This document shows, piece by piece, positions 51,708 to 64,000 of a stretch of 64,000 nt of DNA. Position 1 is the first letter of the stretch. Every line of letters starts with the position of its first letter. This DNA comes from the human T2T-CHM13v2.0 reference genome, Homo sapiens: the NCBI RefSeq assembly GCF_009914755.1, contig NC_060928.1. One strand, given 5' to 3'. Below the pieces are notes generated by a model, which saw only the letters and a list, made by a program, of their open reading frames with translations, was not told where the DNA came from and did no database searches. A program made the position numbers and the translations under genes.

Positions 51708-52688
51708 CTTGTTCCACTTCTTTTTATTCCACTTCTTAGAAGAAAAGCATTTAGCTCTTCCCTATTCAGTATGATGTTAGCTATGGGCTTGTTATATATG
51801 GCTATTATTCTGTTGAGGAATATTCCTTCTATGCCAATTTCTTGAGAGTTTTTAGCATGAAAGCATATTTTTTCAAACTTTTTCTCCATCTATTAAGATA
51901 ATCATATCATTAATTCTGTGTATGTGATATATCACATTTATTGGTGTGCGTATGTTTAATTATCCTTGCATCCGGGAGATACTTCCTCATGTGTATTGTA
52001 TTTGATGTGTTAGTGGATTCAATTTGCAGGTCGTTTGTTGACGATTTGCACTTCTAGGCTCATCAAATATATAGGCTTGTAGTTTTTTTTCTTGTTGTGT
52101 CCTTGTTTGGTTTTGGTACCATGGTAATTCTGGCTTTTCAGAATGAGTTAGGAAAAAATTCATTTTTTTCCATTTTTTTGAAACAGATTGCAAAGAATTG
52201 GTGTTAGTTCTTCATAAGTTTGATACAATTCAGTAGTAAACCATCGGTCCTTGGGCTTTTCTTTATTGGGAGTTTTTTTTTACTAAATCAATCTTACTTT
52301 TTGTTATTGGTCTATTTCTTATTGGTTCAATCTGGTAGGAGTATGTGTCCAGGAATTTATTCATTTCCTCTAGGTTTTCCAATGTGTTAGAGTATATTTA
52401 TTCTTAATATTCTCTAATTATTTTTTAAAATTTCTGTGGCATCAGTTTCAGTGTCCCCTTTTTCAGTTTTGCTTTTATTTATTTGAATCTTACCTGTTTT
52501 TTTTCTTGTTTAGTCTAGCAGGCAGTTTATCAATTTTGTTTATATTTTCAAAAACCAACTTTTTATTTTATTGATCCTTTGCATTATTTTTAGTCTCCAT
52601 TTTATTTAGTTTTGCTCTGATCTTTATTATTCCACAAATTTTGGGTTTTGTTTGGTTTCCTATTCTAGTTCCCTGAGTTGCATGTTGC

Positions 52689-52971
52689 TTTTTTTTTTTT
52701 TAATGTCACTCTGTCACCGGGCTGGAGTGCAGTGACGTAATCTTGGCTCACTGCAACCTCTGCCTCCCGTTTCAAGTGATTCTCCTGCCTCAGCCTCCCA
52801 AGTAGCTGGGACTAGAGGCATGAGCCACCACGCCTAGCTAGTTTTTGTATTTTTAGTAGAGATGGGATTTCACCATGTTGGCCAGGATGGTCTTGATTTC
52901 TTGACCTCGTGATCTGCCCACCTCGGCCTCCCAAAGTGCTGGGATTACAGGTGTGAGCCACCACGCCTTGC
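52689..52971 (-). mobile_element. AluSc-like
   Basis: Reverse Alu; flanks tgcatgttgc/tgcattgttgc. Confidence 0.9.
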
Positions 52972-54800
52972 TGCATTGTTGCATTGTTTATTTTAAATCT
53001 TTCTCTCTTTTTTTGATGTAGGTGTTTATTACAATAAACTTCCTTCTTAGTATTCCTTTTGTTATATTCCATAGGTTTTGATATGTTGTGATTCAATTTT
53101 CATTTGCTCAAAAAATCAATTGATTTCCTTTTTAGTTTCTCCATTTGCCCAGTGGTTGTTCAGGGCATGTTTTTAAATTGCCATATGTTTATACCATTTC
53201 CAAATTTCTGCTCATTCCTGTTTAAATCCACTATAGTCTGAGAAGATACTTGGTATAATTTTTATTTTTAAATTTGTTGAGACTTGTTTTGTGGTATAAT
53301 ATATGGTCTATAATGTAGAATGTTCTGTGTACTGACCAGAAGAATCTGGATTCTGTAGCTTTGGGGTGACATGTTCTGTAAACATCTATTAGGTCCATTT
53401 GGTCTATAGTGCAGTTTTAATCTAATTTTTTGTTTGTTTTCTGTCTACATGATCTGTCCAATGCTAAGAATGAGGTGTCAAAGTCCCTGACTATTGCTTT
53501 TATTGGATTCTATCTCTCCCATTAGATATAGTAATATTTGCTTAATATATTTTGTTGCTTGGGTGCTGGGCACATAGATATTCAGAATTCTTACAGCCTC
53601 TTCGTGAATCGATCTTTTTAATCATTACATAATGACATTCTTTGTCTGTTTTTATAGTTTTTGACTTAAAGTCTGTTTTATCTGATATAGGTATAACTAC
53701 TCTGGCTTGCTTTTGGTTTCTGTTTTTGTGCAATATTTTCTCCATCACTTCACTTTACATTTTTCAGGAGAGGTGAGTTTCTTTTAGGCAGAATACAGCT
53801 GGGCCATTTTTTATTTCCTATTCAGCCACTCTTTATCTTTTGAGTGGGGAATGTAATCCTTTTACATTCAAAGTTATTATTGTTAGGTGAGGACTTATTC
53901 TTGCCATTTTGTTCATTGCTTTCTGGTTGATTGGTATATTTTTTATTTGTTTCTTTATCTCTCATTATTTATCATTGTAGTTTGGTGATTTTTTTTGTAG
54001 TGGCAACATTTGACTTCTTTCTTTTTCTTATTTGTGTCTGTTCTACCGTAATTATATATTTGCGTGTTTCCTTGATGGTAGATATCATCGTTTCACTTCC
54101 AGATATAGGACTGTCATAAGCATTTCTTGTAAGTTCGGTGTAGTGGTGATGAATCTCTTTAGTTTTTGCTTGTCTGCAAAATACTTTATTTCTCCTTTAT
54201 TTCTGAAGGATAACTTAGGTAGGTATAGTAGTCTTCGTTGTCAGTTTTTTTTCTTTCAGCATTTGAATATATTATCTTATTCTCTGCTAGTCTGTGAGGT
54301 TTCTGCTGAGAAATCCGCTGTATGTCTGATGGGGATTCCCTTATATATGACTTGATACTTTTCTCTTGCTATTTTTGGAGTTATCTTTGTGTTCGAATTT
54401 TGACAGGTTGACTATAATGTGTCTTGGAAAAAACTTTTTTGGGTTGAATCTATTGGGAAATGTTTAAGCTTCCCATATCCGAATGTCTACATCTCTTGCA
54501 ATACTTGGTAATTTTTCAGCAATTATTTCATTAAATTGGTTTTCTATGTCTTTGCACATCTTTTCTCCTTCTGAAACTCTCTAAATTCAAATATCTGGTT
54601 CCTTTATGGTGTCCCATATGCCACATAGACATTCTTCGTTCTTTTTTGTTCTTTTTTTTTGTCTGAGTTCTTTCAAAAGATCTTTTTCAAGATTAGAAAT
54701 TCTTTCTTTTGTTTGATCTAGACTATTGTTGGAGTTCTCGGTTGTATTTTTTGCTTTATTCACTGAATTCTTCAGTTCCAGGATTTCTGTTTTGTTCTTT

Positions 54801-54830
54801 TTTATGATATATATATATATATATCATAAA
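54801..54830. repeat. Perfect 30-bp palindrome around (AT)n
   Basis: tttatgatatatatatatatatatcataaa is its own reverse complement. Confidence 0.85.
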
Positions 54831-56009
54831 TCAGGTATATATATCATATATATATCTTTGCCGACTATCTCATTAAATCATGTATTGTTTACCTCTGTTC
54901 TATCTCACTGAATTTCTTTGGTATCATTATTTTGAATTTTTTTTCAGGCACTTAATAGATTTTCTTTTTGTAAGAAACCTCTATGGATAATTATTTTGTT
55001 TCTTTGGAGGTGTCATGTTTCCTGGCTTTTTGATATTTTTATATTTTTTATAACATTGATATCTGCACATCTGGTGTGACCATTGCTTCCTCTAATTTTT
55101 TGGATTGGCAATTTTGGAGAAAGAATTTTTCCTGTGCCTATATCTACAGTGTTCTTTGGGTAGGGTGTTTTGACTTTGATTCTGGGTGAGTAAAGTAATG
55201 CAGTCTTTGTATGACTTCTTTAGCTATAATCAGCATCAGTAGTGTCTGTGAGTTCCTCAGTGGCTTAGGCTGTGGTTGTTAGTGGAAGCTGTGGAGAGGC
55301 TTTTCTGGGGATGGGGCCACCAGATCAGTCAGTTCTTGGGCAACAGTGGTGCTGTTGGCAGGCCTGGCATGGGAGTCCTTGATCCCCTGTGGGCATACAT
55401 GGATTCTGGCAGTAGCAAATCTGAGCAGGCTGATCCTTGGACCTAGAGGTGGGCTTGCTTGGGTGCCAGCAGTGACAGCAGTGGATCAGATGGGCAGGCA
55501 AATCCTTTAGTCTCTGGGTGTTGTGTGTGGCATCGGCAGTGTCAATAGTGATGGCAGGCCACCTTTATTCTCCCAAGTAGCATGCATGGGAATACAATCT
55601 AAATTTTACTTTTACTTAGCATTTCCTACATATTTAAGCAGATATTACACATTTCTGGGAATTTGTGATCAAAAGAAGTAGGTTGAAATGAAACCATCTC
55701 ACCTTCCAGCTATGTGACTGATTATATTACCTCCCTTTTCTGAGCTTGCTTGTTCTTTAAAGGTAAGAACTATCACCCCAAACAGTGGTAAAAATGAACT
55801 AAAGCATTTTTTGAAGTACTAACATAGCATCTGGTATATAATAGGGTCTTTGTGTATAAATTAAATGGAATAAATAATACGAAAATCTGAATAAAAGAAT
55901 GAACTAGCAAAATAAATCTTTTGCAATGAAGACTGATAAAGTGCCAGTCTCCCTTATTTTATGACAGGTTTGCTGATACCACGTAAAAGCCTCACAGTAA
56001 TGTTTAATA

Positions 56010-56270
56010 GGGAGCACAGTCTTAGAGCTCTGATGATTGAGAGATTTAGGATCAAATTGTTTTGTAGCTATGAAAACATGAACACATTCTTAAAAATTTA
56101 TGCTTCGTTTTCCTCATAGGTAAAATAAAAGTGTATATGTATACACACATGCACACAATCTTGTTATAAGAATTAACTACAATAATGTCTGTAAAGCACA
56201 TAACCCCGTTCCTTTCTAGGTTATGACATTCACCAAATAAATGAGTTATAGTATTCACCAAATAAATGTT
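56010..56270 (+). mobile_element. MIR
   Basis: cgttttcctcataggtaaaataaa...gtaaagcacataac...aataaatgttagc. Confidence 0.55.
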
Positions 56271-56377
56271 AGCAGAGACTCCCAACTCTGTAGCCTGGGC
56301 AGCAGTACTCAAATTAAATATAGCGGGGCACATGAAGACTTTCCATAGTCTTCATTGGCACGCAGAGTTTTGAGTGA

Positions 56378-56510
56378 GGTTTCTAGACACACCCTGGTTT
56401 GTCCCATATAGTCCTCATTTATGCCTGTTATTTATGCCCGACATATTATCTGTTATTATTATCATCCCTTTTTACTCTGAGAGTGTCCTTGTTTGACTAA
56501 TGGTCAACCT
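56378..56510 (-). mobile_element. MER94-like hAT-Blackjack MITE
   Basis: cctggtttgtccc...tttatgcctgtt...tcccttttactctgagagtgtccttgtttga...atggtcaacct. Confidence 0.55.
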
Positions 56511-57581
56511 CAATCTAAAAGAATCAACTCCCCAATTCTCAGCTTTCTTATTAAATTTTCCTAATATATTGTTATAAATATGCACCTCTTTCTAAAAATA
56601 ATTTTTCTAAATCATGCCAATTATTCTTTCTCATATTCCTTTATACAAATTACCCTTTTTATGCTTTATAAAAGAAAGGTGTGTCTTCCTTTAATTTAAA
56701 TCTTGGAAAGAGATATCTGAGATAGCGGAGCAGAGAGCATCGATAAATGTTTCACCCAGATATCTAATCCATGTTCAGCTTCCTGATCTATCTTTCTCCG
56801 AGATGGAATTTGAAGTGATATATTTTCATGGGCATCTTTATTAAAATATTTATTTTACTTGAAAAATGAAGTTATATTTTACATATTGACAATAAGTTTT
56901 ATTGGCTTGACAATGAAGACTGGATTGGTCCATTATATTTGTAAGAAATATTTTATAATTCAGGGATCTAAATCTGCAATTCCTTGCTTTTGAAAAATAC
57001 AGATTTAAGTTGCAAGTTAAGTAATTTCTTAATACGTAATGCACTGGAAAGTGTGTATTTAAAAGTAACAACTTTTTTGTATTTCCAACCCTTTCTAAAC
57101 ATGTCATGATAATATAGCAATTTTAGCAAATGAGTTAGAAATAGAATTAGTAGTTATTTGGTAAGTCTTGGTAAGGTGGTGTTTTTTATTTTTGGTATAT
57201 TTCCCAGAAATTGAAAAAACGAATGATTCTCAATGACTAAGAAATAATTTGGTGACTCAGATGGTTTCTATTTTCCTTTAAAAACAAGAATTGGGTTGAC
57301 CATTGGTAAATCATTAAACATATCTTTTGTTGAATGTTCACTATGTGATTTTTGATATATAAGTCTGAAAGTATTCAATAAATTAATACTGTTATAATAA
57401 ACTTCTCCCATTTTCATCGACTTATTTATGTAAACCATTTTTATCATGCTTACATATATCTAAATATAAAAAAAATTCTAGCAATAAATAGTCACAAATC
57501 TATAAACAAACTGAAAAAAATCGCCATTTACTTTTAGTTGCATTTCCAATAAAAACTTACTGTGCATATTTCGTATTTTTC

Positions 57582-57877
57582 TTTCTTTCTTTTTTTTTTT
57601 TTTTTTTTGAGACAGAGTCTTGCTCTGTCGCCCAGGCTGGAGTGCAGTGAGCTCCACCTCCTGGGTTTGCTCCATCTTCCTGCCTCAGCCTCCTGAGTAG
57701 CTGGGACTACAGGTGCCCGCCACCATGCCTGGCTAATTTTTTTTTTTTTTTGTATTTTTAGTAGAGACAGTGTTTCATCATGTTAGCCAGGATGGTTTCG
57801 ATCTCCTGACCTTGTGATCCGCCCGCCTCGGCTTCCCAAAGTGCTGGGATTACAGGCATGAGCCAACACGCCTGGCC
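57582..57877 (-). mobile_element. AluY with ~20-bp internal deletion
   Basis: gttagccaggatggtttcgatctcc; perfect TSD tcgtatttttc. Confidence 0.92.
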
Positions 57878-58124
57878 TCGTATTTTTCAAAAGTCATAAT
57901 CTTATTTGATTTTATATTAATAGCAATTACATTCAATTAGAATATTTAATATATTATTGCAGTATGCTGAAAATAAAACATTTTAAACCTTTTAAATTAT
58001 GAAAATAACTTGAGATGTATGTGTGGGGAAGTTTGAAGACCATTGAGGTATAGAACCTGTCCCTGCTCCACTCTATTTTTTCCTAATATTTCTCCCTAAC
58101 AATATACAGGCATTGTTATTTTTC

Positions 58125-58552
<428 letters not shown>

Positions 58553-59049
58553 TATGAGATCTCTCAGGTATCATTGTTAAAGAAAATAAAATATTTCTAA
58601 TTCATGTACGATATTTTTATTTGTAAAAGTGTATGTAAATTAAGTGTATTATACATTTTGTGCTTATAACACCTACAGAACCTACAAGAACAGTTACCAA
58701 CTCTTCAGCCAGGTATTTATGATATCTCCAGTTCTACCCGCATTGTTTAAAAACTTTTCTTTTATTGTTTTCCAATGCAAATGCCAGGGGACCTCTTAAA
58801 TATGCTCTAAGCTTTTGCTCTACTACCAATATTTCTTAAAGTACTCTTTGTTTGCCTCTTGCTCCATCCAAAGCCTCCTTTCATTAGAACATAGCCCAAA
58901 CTTTACCTTCTCAACAAATAGTGCCGATTTCTCCCGTGGGTCATTCATCTTATCTTCAAATGCCTTTGACTCTTGAATCCACAGTTACACTCTGACATAT
59001 AAGTCCCCTTCTCTCCTATCATGCTTCACAAGCACACCATGTCCTACCT

Positions 59050-59430
59050 GTGTGGATATACTCCAAATTTCTCTAATATCAAGCACTATTTTCTCTACCT
59101 AAAATGCCTTTTCCCTCTGCTTTCTATTTCTCCAGCTCTCAGAATTTCCATTCACCCTTTAAGATCTAGCTGAAATATTTGCTCATTTGGGAAGACCTCC
59201 CAGATAATCTGAAATTTGGTTAGTCCCACCTTTGTGATTTCATAGAGTGAACTTACATTTATATCACTTATATCAGATATTGTATGTATTCATTTATATT
59301 ATTTGTCTTCCCCATTGTAATACCAGACAAAAGTTTTAAATACATCTTTAGGGAGTAAAAGATCTTATGGCCCTGATCATTGAGTGTAGTCTGAAACATA
59401 TAGTGGAAATGCGAAGAATGTTAATTGAAT
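59050..59430 (+). mobile_element. L2 fragment
   Basis: ttctctacctaaaatgccttt...cattcaccctttaagatctagctgaaat...tgttaattgaat. Confidence 0.5.
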
Positions 59431-59439
59431 TAATATCTC

Positions 59440-60300
59440 ACAGGTAAATAGCAATTCACCGAATAAATGAAATTTTTTGTTTTACATTTATCTCAAGTAT
59501 AAAAACTCAGAAAATAAGAGCAACAAAAATGTCAAGGTTTGTAAAATGGACATGTATAGAAACCTAGATCTGCAGAATATACAGAACTTCTAAAAAATCG
59601 TCTCAATATTTTTAAATAATTGTAAGCACACAAACCACATCATACTACCACATTGCAATTAATTAAGGAAGAACAACAAAACATAACCAGAAAAAAATTT
59701 GTCTTAAAAATCTAAAAAAGTTTTTATCTTAGGAGTAAAAATCATAATGTAAGCTAGAAAATATTTATAAGTAAATAATAATGACAAAACTGTATGAAAA
59801 AAGTTATGAGATACAACCAAAGCATAACTTATAGGAAATTTAAAGTATTAATACTTATAATAGAAAAAAGGAAAGTTTGAAATTAATGAGTCAAATATCT
59901 AACCCAAGGAGAAAAAAAAAAAGAAGAAAGGAAATGATGAATAAAAGACTTGAAACTACTAAAGTAGAAAACATAACAGAAAGAATCAGCAAAGCCAAAA
60001 GAGGATGAAATTTATAATTTTTCAAGGAAGATATGTAAATAAAAAGACAAAGGCAGAAAAATATTAAAAACTATTATTAATTAAGAATAAAACTAACAAA
60101 AATATGTAGACTCTGAAAAGATTAGGGACATTGTCAGCACTCTGTGTCAATACTTTTGAAATCTTAGATAAAATATATACCTTTCTAGAAAGGTATGTGC
60201 TAAAACTGACTCAAGAAATGAACGTCTGAATGGTCCTATACCTTTAAAAGAATTAATTCACCAGTTAATAATATTCCAAAGCAAACTCAAGGACATTTTA
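59440..60300 (+). mobile_element. Very old L1M ORF2 remnant
   Basis: A-rich sequence with L1 ORF2-like tracts (gagatacaaccaaagca...ataggaaatttaaagtattaatacttat; aaaactgactcaagaa). Confidence 0.6.
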
Positions 60301-60585
60301 ATTCTGGAATTAAAAAAAAATGCCAGAAAAGTGAAAAAGAATTTTGAAAAATATTATAATAGTTGATAAAGGCAAGTCAATATACATAACTTATGTATAT
60401 TACATAGCAGAGTAATAAAATAAACATCTATGAACATATCACCTCATTTACAACCTTAGAAACTTCCAGTATTGGCCAGTGAGTAGTCCTTTTCTAGCCT
60501 ATCCTGCTACCTCTCTCAGAGGCAAACAGTATCCTGAGTTTTATGTTTTCTGTAATAGACTTTTTTAAAAAAAATTGAGATATAC

Positions 60586-60872
60586 GGCCGGGCGCGGTGT
60601 CTCATGCCTGTAATTCTGGCACTTTGAGAGGCCGAGGCAGGCAGATCACGAGGTCAGGAGATCGAGACCATCCTGGCTAACACGGTGAAACCCTGTCTCT
60701 ACTAAAAATACAAAAAATTAGCCAGATGTGGTGGCGGGTGCCTGTAGTCCCAGCTACTCAAAAGGCTGAGGAAGGAGAATGGTGTGAACCTCGGAGGTGG
60801 AGCTTGCAGTGAGCCGAGATTGAGCCACTGCACTCCAGCCTGGGCGACAGAGCGAGACTGTCTCAAAAAAAA
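60586..60872 (+). mobile_element. AluY
   Basis: Y-type motifs; TSD aaaaaat(t)gagatatac. Confidence 0.94.
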
Positions 60873-60879
60873 TGAGATA

Positions 60880-61555
60880 TACTTTGCATTTAATAAAATG
60901 CATAGATATTCATACATTTTGGCAAATAACTATATATGATAAAAATTTCATTACTCTAAATAATTCCCCCTCATCCCACCAAGACAACCAATGTACTGTA
61001 CTTTTCTGATTTCTATCACCATAGGTTAGTTTTGTCTTTCTTGAGTTTTATATGTGTATATGTGTGTTTCTTTTGCAATTTATCCATGTCACATTAGTAG
61101 TTCATTTTTTAGTTTTGAGCAGTTTCCCAGGGTATAAATATAGTACAGGTTGTTCACTCATTTTTCCATTGAGGGAATCAATGGAATTTAGTCTCCAATT
61201 TAGTGTTGTTATGACTAAACTGATATAAACATTCCCGTACAGTTATTTTATTTTATTTTATTTTTTATTTTTGTTTTAACATTCTTGTGTAAATATTTTG
61301 AAGCAGAAATACTGTATCAATGGGTAGGTGTACCTTTTATATAAGAGGCTGATAAACTGTTTCCTAAAATGGTTCACTCTCACTAGACATTTCTTAGAGT
61401 TTCAGTTACATCACTTGCAACAGGAACTTTGGATGTTGCCAGTCTTCTTAATTTTAGCCATTCTAATGTGTGGGAAGCAGTAACTCATCAGAGTTTTAAT
61501 ATGCATTTCCCTGATAAATAATGCATTTGAACAACTTCTCACATGTTTGAATGCC
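60880..61555 (-). mobile_element. L1ME-type 3' region
   Basis: ttctgatttctatcaccataggttagttttg...ttagccattctaatgtgtg...gcatttccctgat; probably also extends left of the Alu. Confidence 0.7.
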
Positions 61556-62781
61556 TTGGGAAAGAAAGGGTTTCTGAAAGAGGGCTTTGCATGTTTTGTA
61601 TATAAATTTAAAAAGTTAATCTGAGTGTTTTCGGATTTAAACACTCAGATTTCTGTAGTTCCATTACTCATAGAAATCTAGGTTTCTGAGTATATGACAT
61701 TCCCTCCTCTCTTACAAATAAAGAAGTCCATAGAAATATGCAAATGATTCAGGTCAAGATGTAAGGGAAAGTTTTACATACCAACAAGTTAATAAACTTT
61801 AAGTTGTACTCCTAGCATGACCTCTCAGTCTGAATGAGTGCTATCAAAAACAACACATAATGTATCAGGGAAAAATAAAACTGTAAATTTCCACAGAGTT
61901 CTCTAGTTTGCCTGAGAGTTTGATAACAATACTCCATTATGTGATGTAACATATTTTGTAAACAAATAGAATAATATATAATAACCTATCTCCAAGGACA
62001 AATGGATGAATTAGATTATAAATTTGTTTAAACTTAACAGAGCTCATGTTTTCATTGGTCTCTTGAGACTAACAAGATTTATATAAATTTGAAATGAGAG
62101 AATTCATAAATTTCCAGGAACATAAAAAAACTTTAAAATACTTGTTGGGATGTAACTCAAGGGAAATAGAGAACCTTTAAAAAATGACTTTGATTGCTTA
62201 GTTGCAGGATAAGAAGCACAGGATGCAATTGATATCAGGAAAAAAAAAGCAAGAAAGAAACCCCAAACTAAAAACCTCACTTCTTATAAATAAGCATTAA
62301 AGAATTTAAAAAATATATGTTTTTGTATAAATGTAAAATAAATAACTTAGGCAATATTCCTCATCCAGGCGAATAACTGGACAGTTTATACTGGTTTCGT
62401 AATTTTGATTTAAAACAATATATGTCATTTCTTTGATTTTGTTACAGTGTGAAGAAAATTACATTAGCATATGTTCTATTTTATTCTATTAATGTTTTAT
62501 TTTATATAAAATGTATTTATTTGCTCCTACAAAGGTTAATTTTTCTGAAATTTCTAGTTTCCTACACTGATTATATGGGTCAAATTCATGTGTCATTGAA
62601 ATGTCTAAGGAAGATTTAAATGTAAAACTAAACTAAATTTTAAAAAGGTTTTTTTCTAAAATGTTTTAAACTTCTTATGATGCTACAAATCAATTAAACT
62701 AATAATTCCAAATACACTAATGGCATATAAATTTTGTACAATAAAAAGTGGCCATCAGCTAGTAAATTAAAAATATATATA

Positions 62782-63063
<282 letters not shown>

Positions 63064-63229
63064 AAAAAATATATTTTATATTAGCTTGTATTAGTTGTAC
63101 ATGTTTATTAACCTTCGCAAATGTGAAAAGCATGTGAATGATGGTACCATGATTCAATCAAGTATCACCATAATAATGCGCATATCTAACTACGCCAAAA
63201 CTCAGTAGGTTAAAGGATTAAATATTTCT

Positions 63230-63790
63230 TTCCATGGTCGTATGTCTGCAGTAGGCTACACATAAGCTGAGTTAGTCTGGACTCGCAGCTCTCGGATTCG
63301 AGCTGCAAGCTCCGTGATGCAAGCACTTTTGTTCTGGGGTATATAGACTGAAGGGGTGTCGGCCACCTGGGGCATGTTTTTCTAATGGCGGATCATTGGA
63401 GTGTAAGAGGGCACACTCAACTGTGAAAGAATACTTCAAGCTTCTGCTTATCTCATGCATACTAACTTTTTTAAGATTTTTTTTATTTATTAAATTTTTA
63501 TGGGTACATAGTAGGTGTATGTATTTATGGGGTACATGAGATATTTTGATACAGGCATGCAGTGTGAAATAAGTACATCGTGGGGAATGGGTTATCCTTC
63601 CCCTCAAGCATTTATCCTTTGAGTTAGCACACTAACACTTCAATGGCCAAAGCCAGGCATGTGGTCAATCCCAAATGAGGGAATTAAAAAATGCACTTTA
63701 CCCACCATGAGGATGTGGTATGTGTGTGAAAGTAAATGAATACAACAATGTAGTGAAGAATTGGGGCCAATAATGTAGTCTGCCATACAT
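63230..63790 (-). mobile_element. Old MLT1-like LTR interrupted by an L1 3' fragment
   Basis: aatggccaaagccaggcatgtggtcaatcccaa...gaagaattggggccaataatgtagtctgccata. Confidence 0.45.
63467..63626 (-). mobile_element. L1MA 3'-terminal fragment
   Basis: tgggtacatagtaggtgtatgtatttatggggtacatgagatattttgatacaggcatgc...ccctcaagcatttatccttt. Confidence 0.85.
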
Positions 63791-63941
63791 AGATGTGTAT
63801 AGTGGTATGCAGTTTTTTCCAGAACTTTACTCTGCTAATGTGCTTACATGTGGCAGACACCTCTCCATTTATTTTGTAGTATTTTCTGGCCTGTGACAGA
63901 AGTTAGTAGCTTTAATTAATAGTTGAATTAATATTGGTAAA

Positions 63942-64000
63942 GGCTTCCAGCTCTATTCATGTCCCTGAAAAGGAGATGATTTCATTCTTTTTATGGCTGC
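63942..64000 (-). mobile_element. Start of another L1PA segment running off the window
   Basis: ttccagctctattcatgtccctg...tcattctttttatggctgc. Confidence 0.7.

Larger units (their letters stand above)
46752..55590 (-). mobile_element. Long degraded L1MA-type element (3'UTR to 5'UTR) with a nested L1PA and Alus
   Basis: T-rich 3' end and L1MA-type 3'UTR at 46752; minus-strand ORF2 pieces ([15 protein letters not shown]; LSLLTDDMIL; ISDKTDFKSKTIK); ORF1-like region at about 54.1-55.1 kb; GC-richer 5'UTR at 55.1-55.6 kb. Confidence 0.9.

Overview
AT-rich primate (human or great-ape-like) non-coding genomic DNA, intronic or intergenic. It is densely filled with interspersed repeats: three large L1 relics (6.4-12.3 kb +, 37.4-43.4 kb +, 46.8-55.6 kb -), several smaller L1s, about 20 Alus (J, S and Y types), solo LTRs (LTR1-, LTR26-, MER41-, THE1-, MST- and MLT1-like), hAT DNA transposons (MER5, MER45B, MER94), MIRs and L2s. 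I recognise no protein-coding gene, structural RNA gene or CpG island. The ORF track consists of broken L1 ORF1/ORF2 pieces, Alu/LTR read-through and chance ORFs. I see no evidence for a new gene system. The notable signals are rearrangement scars. The main one is an L1PA7/8-like element whose ORF1 and most of ORF2 are replaced by a ~40-bp copy of sequence from 24 kb upstream fused to an AluY. Others are an 88-bp nested palindrome, a ~120-bp young L1HS/L1PA2 insertion, an inverted 5'UTR block, a local templated insertion and a micro-inversion. Subfamily names come from recalled consensus features; boundaries without TSD support are approximate.
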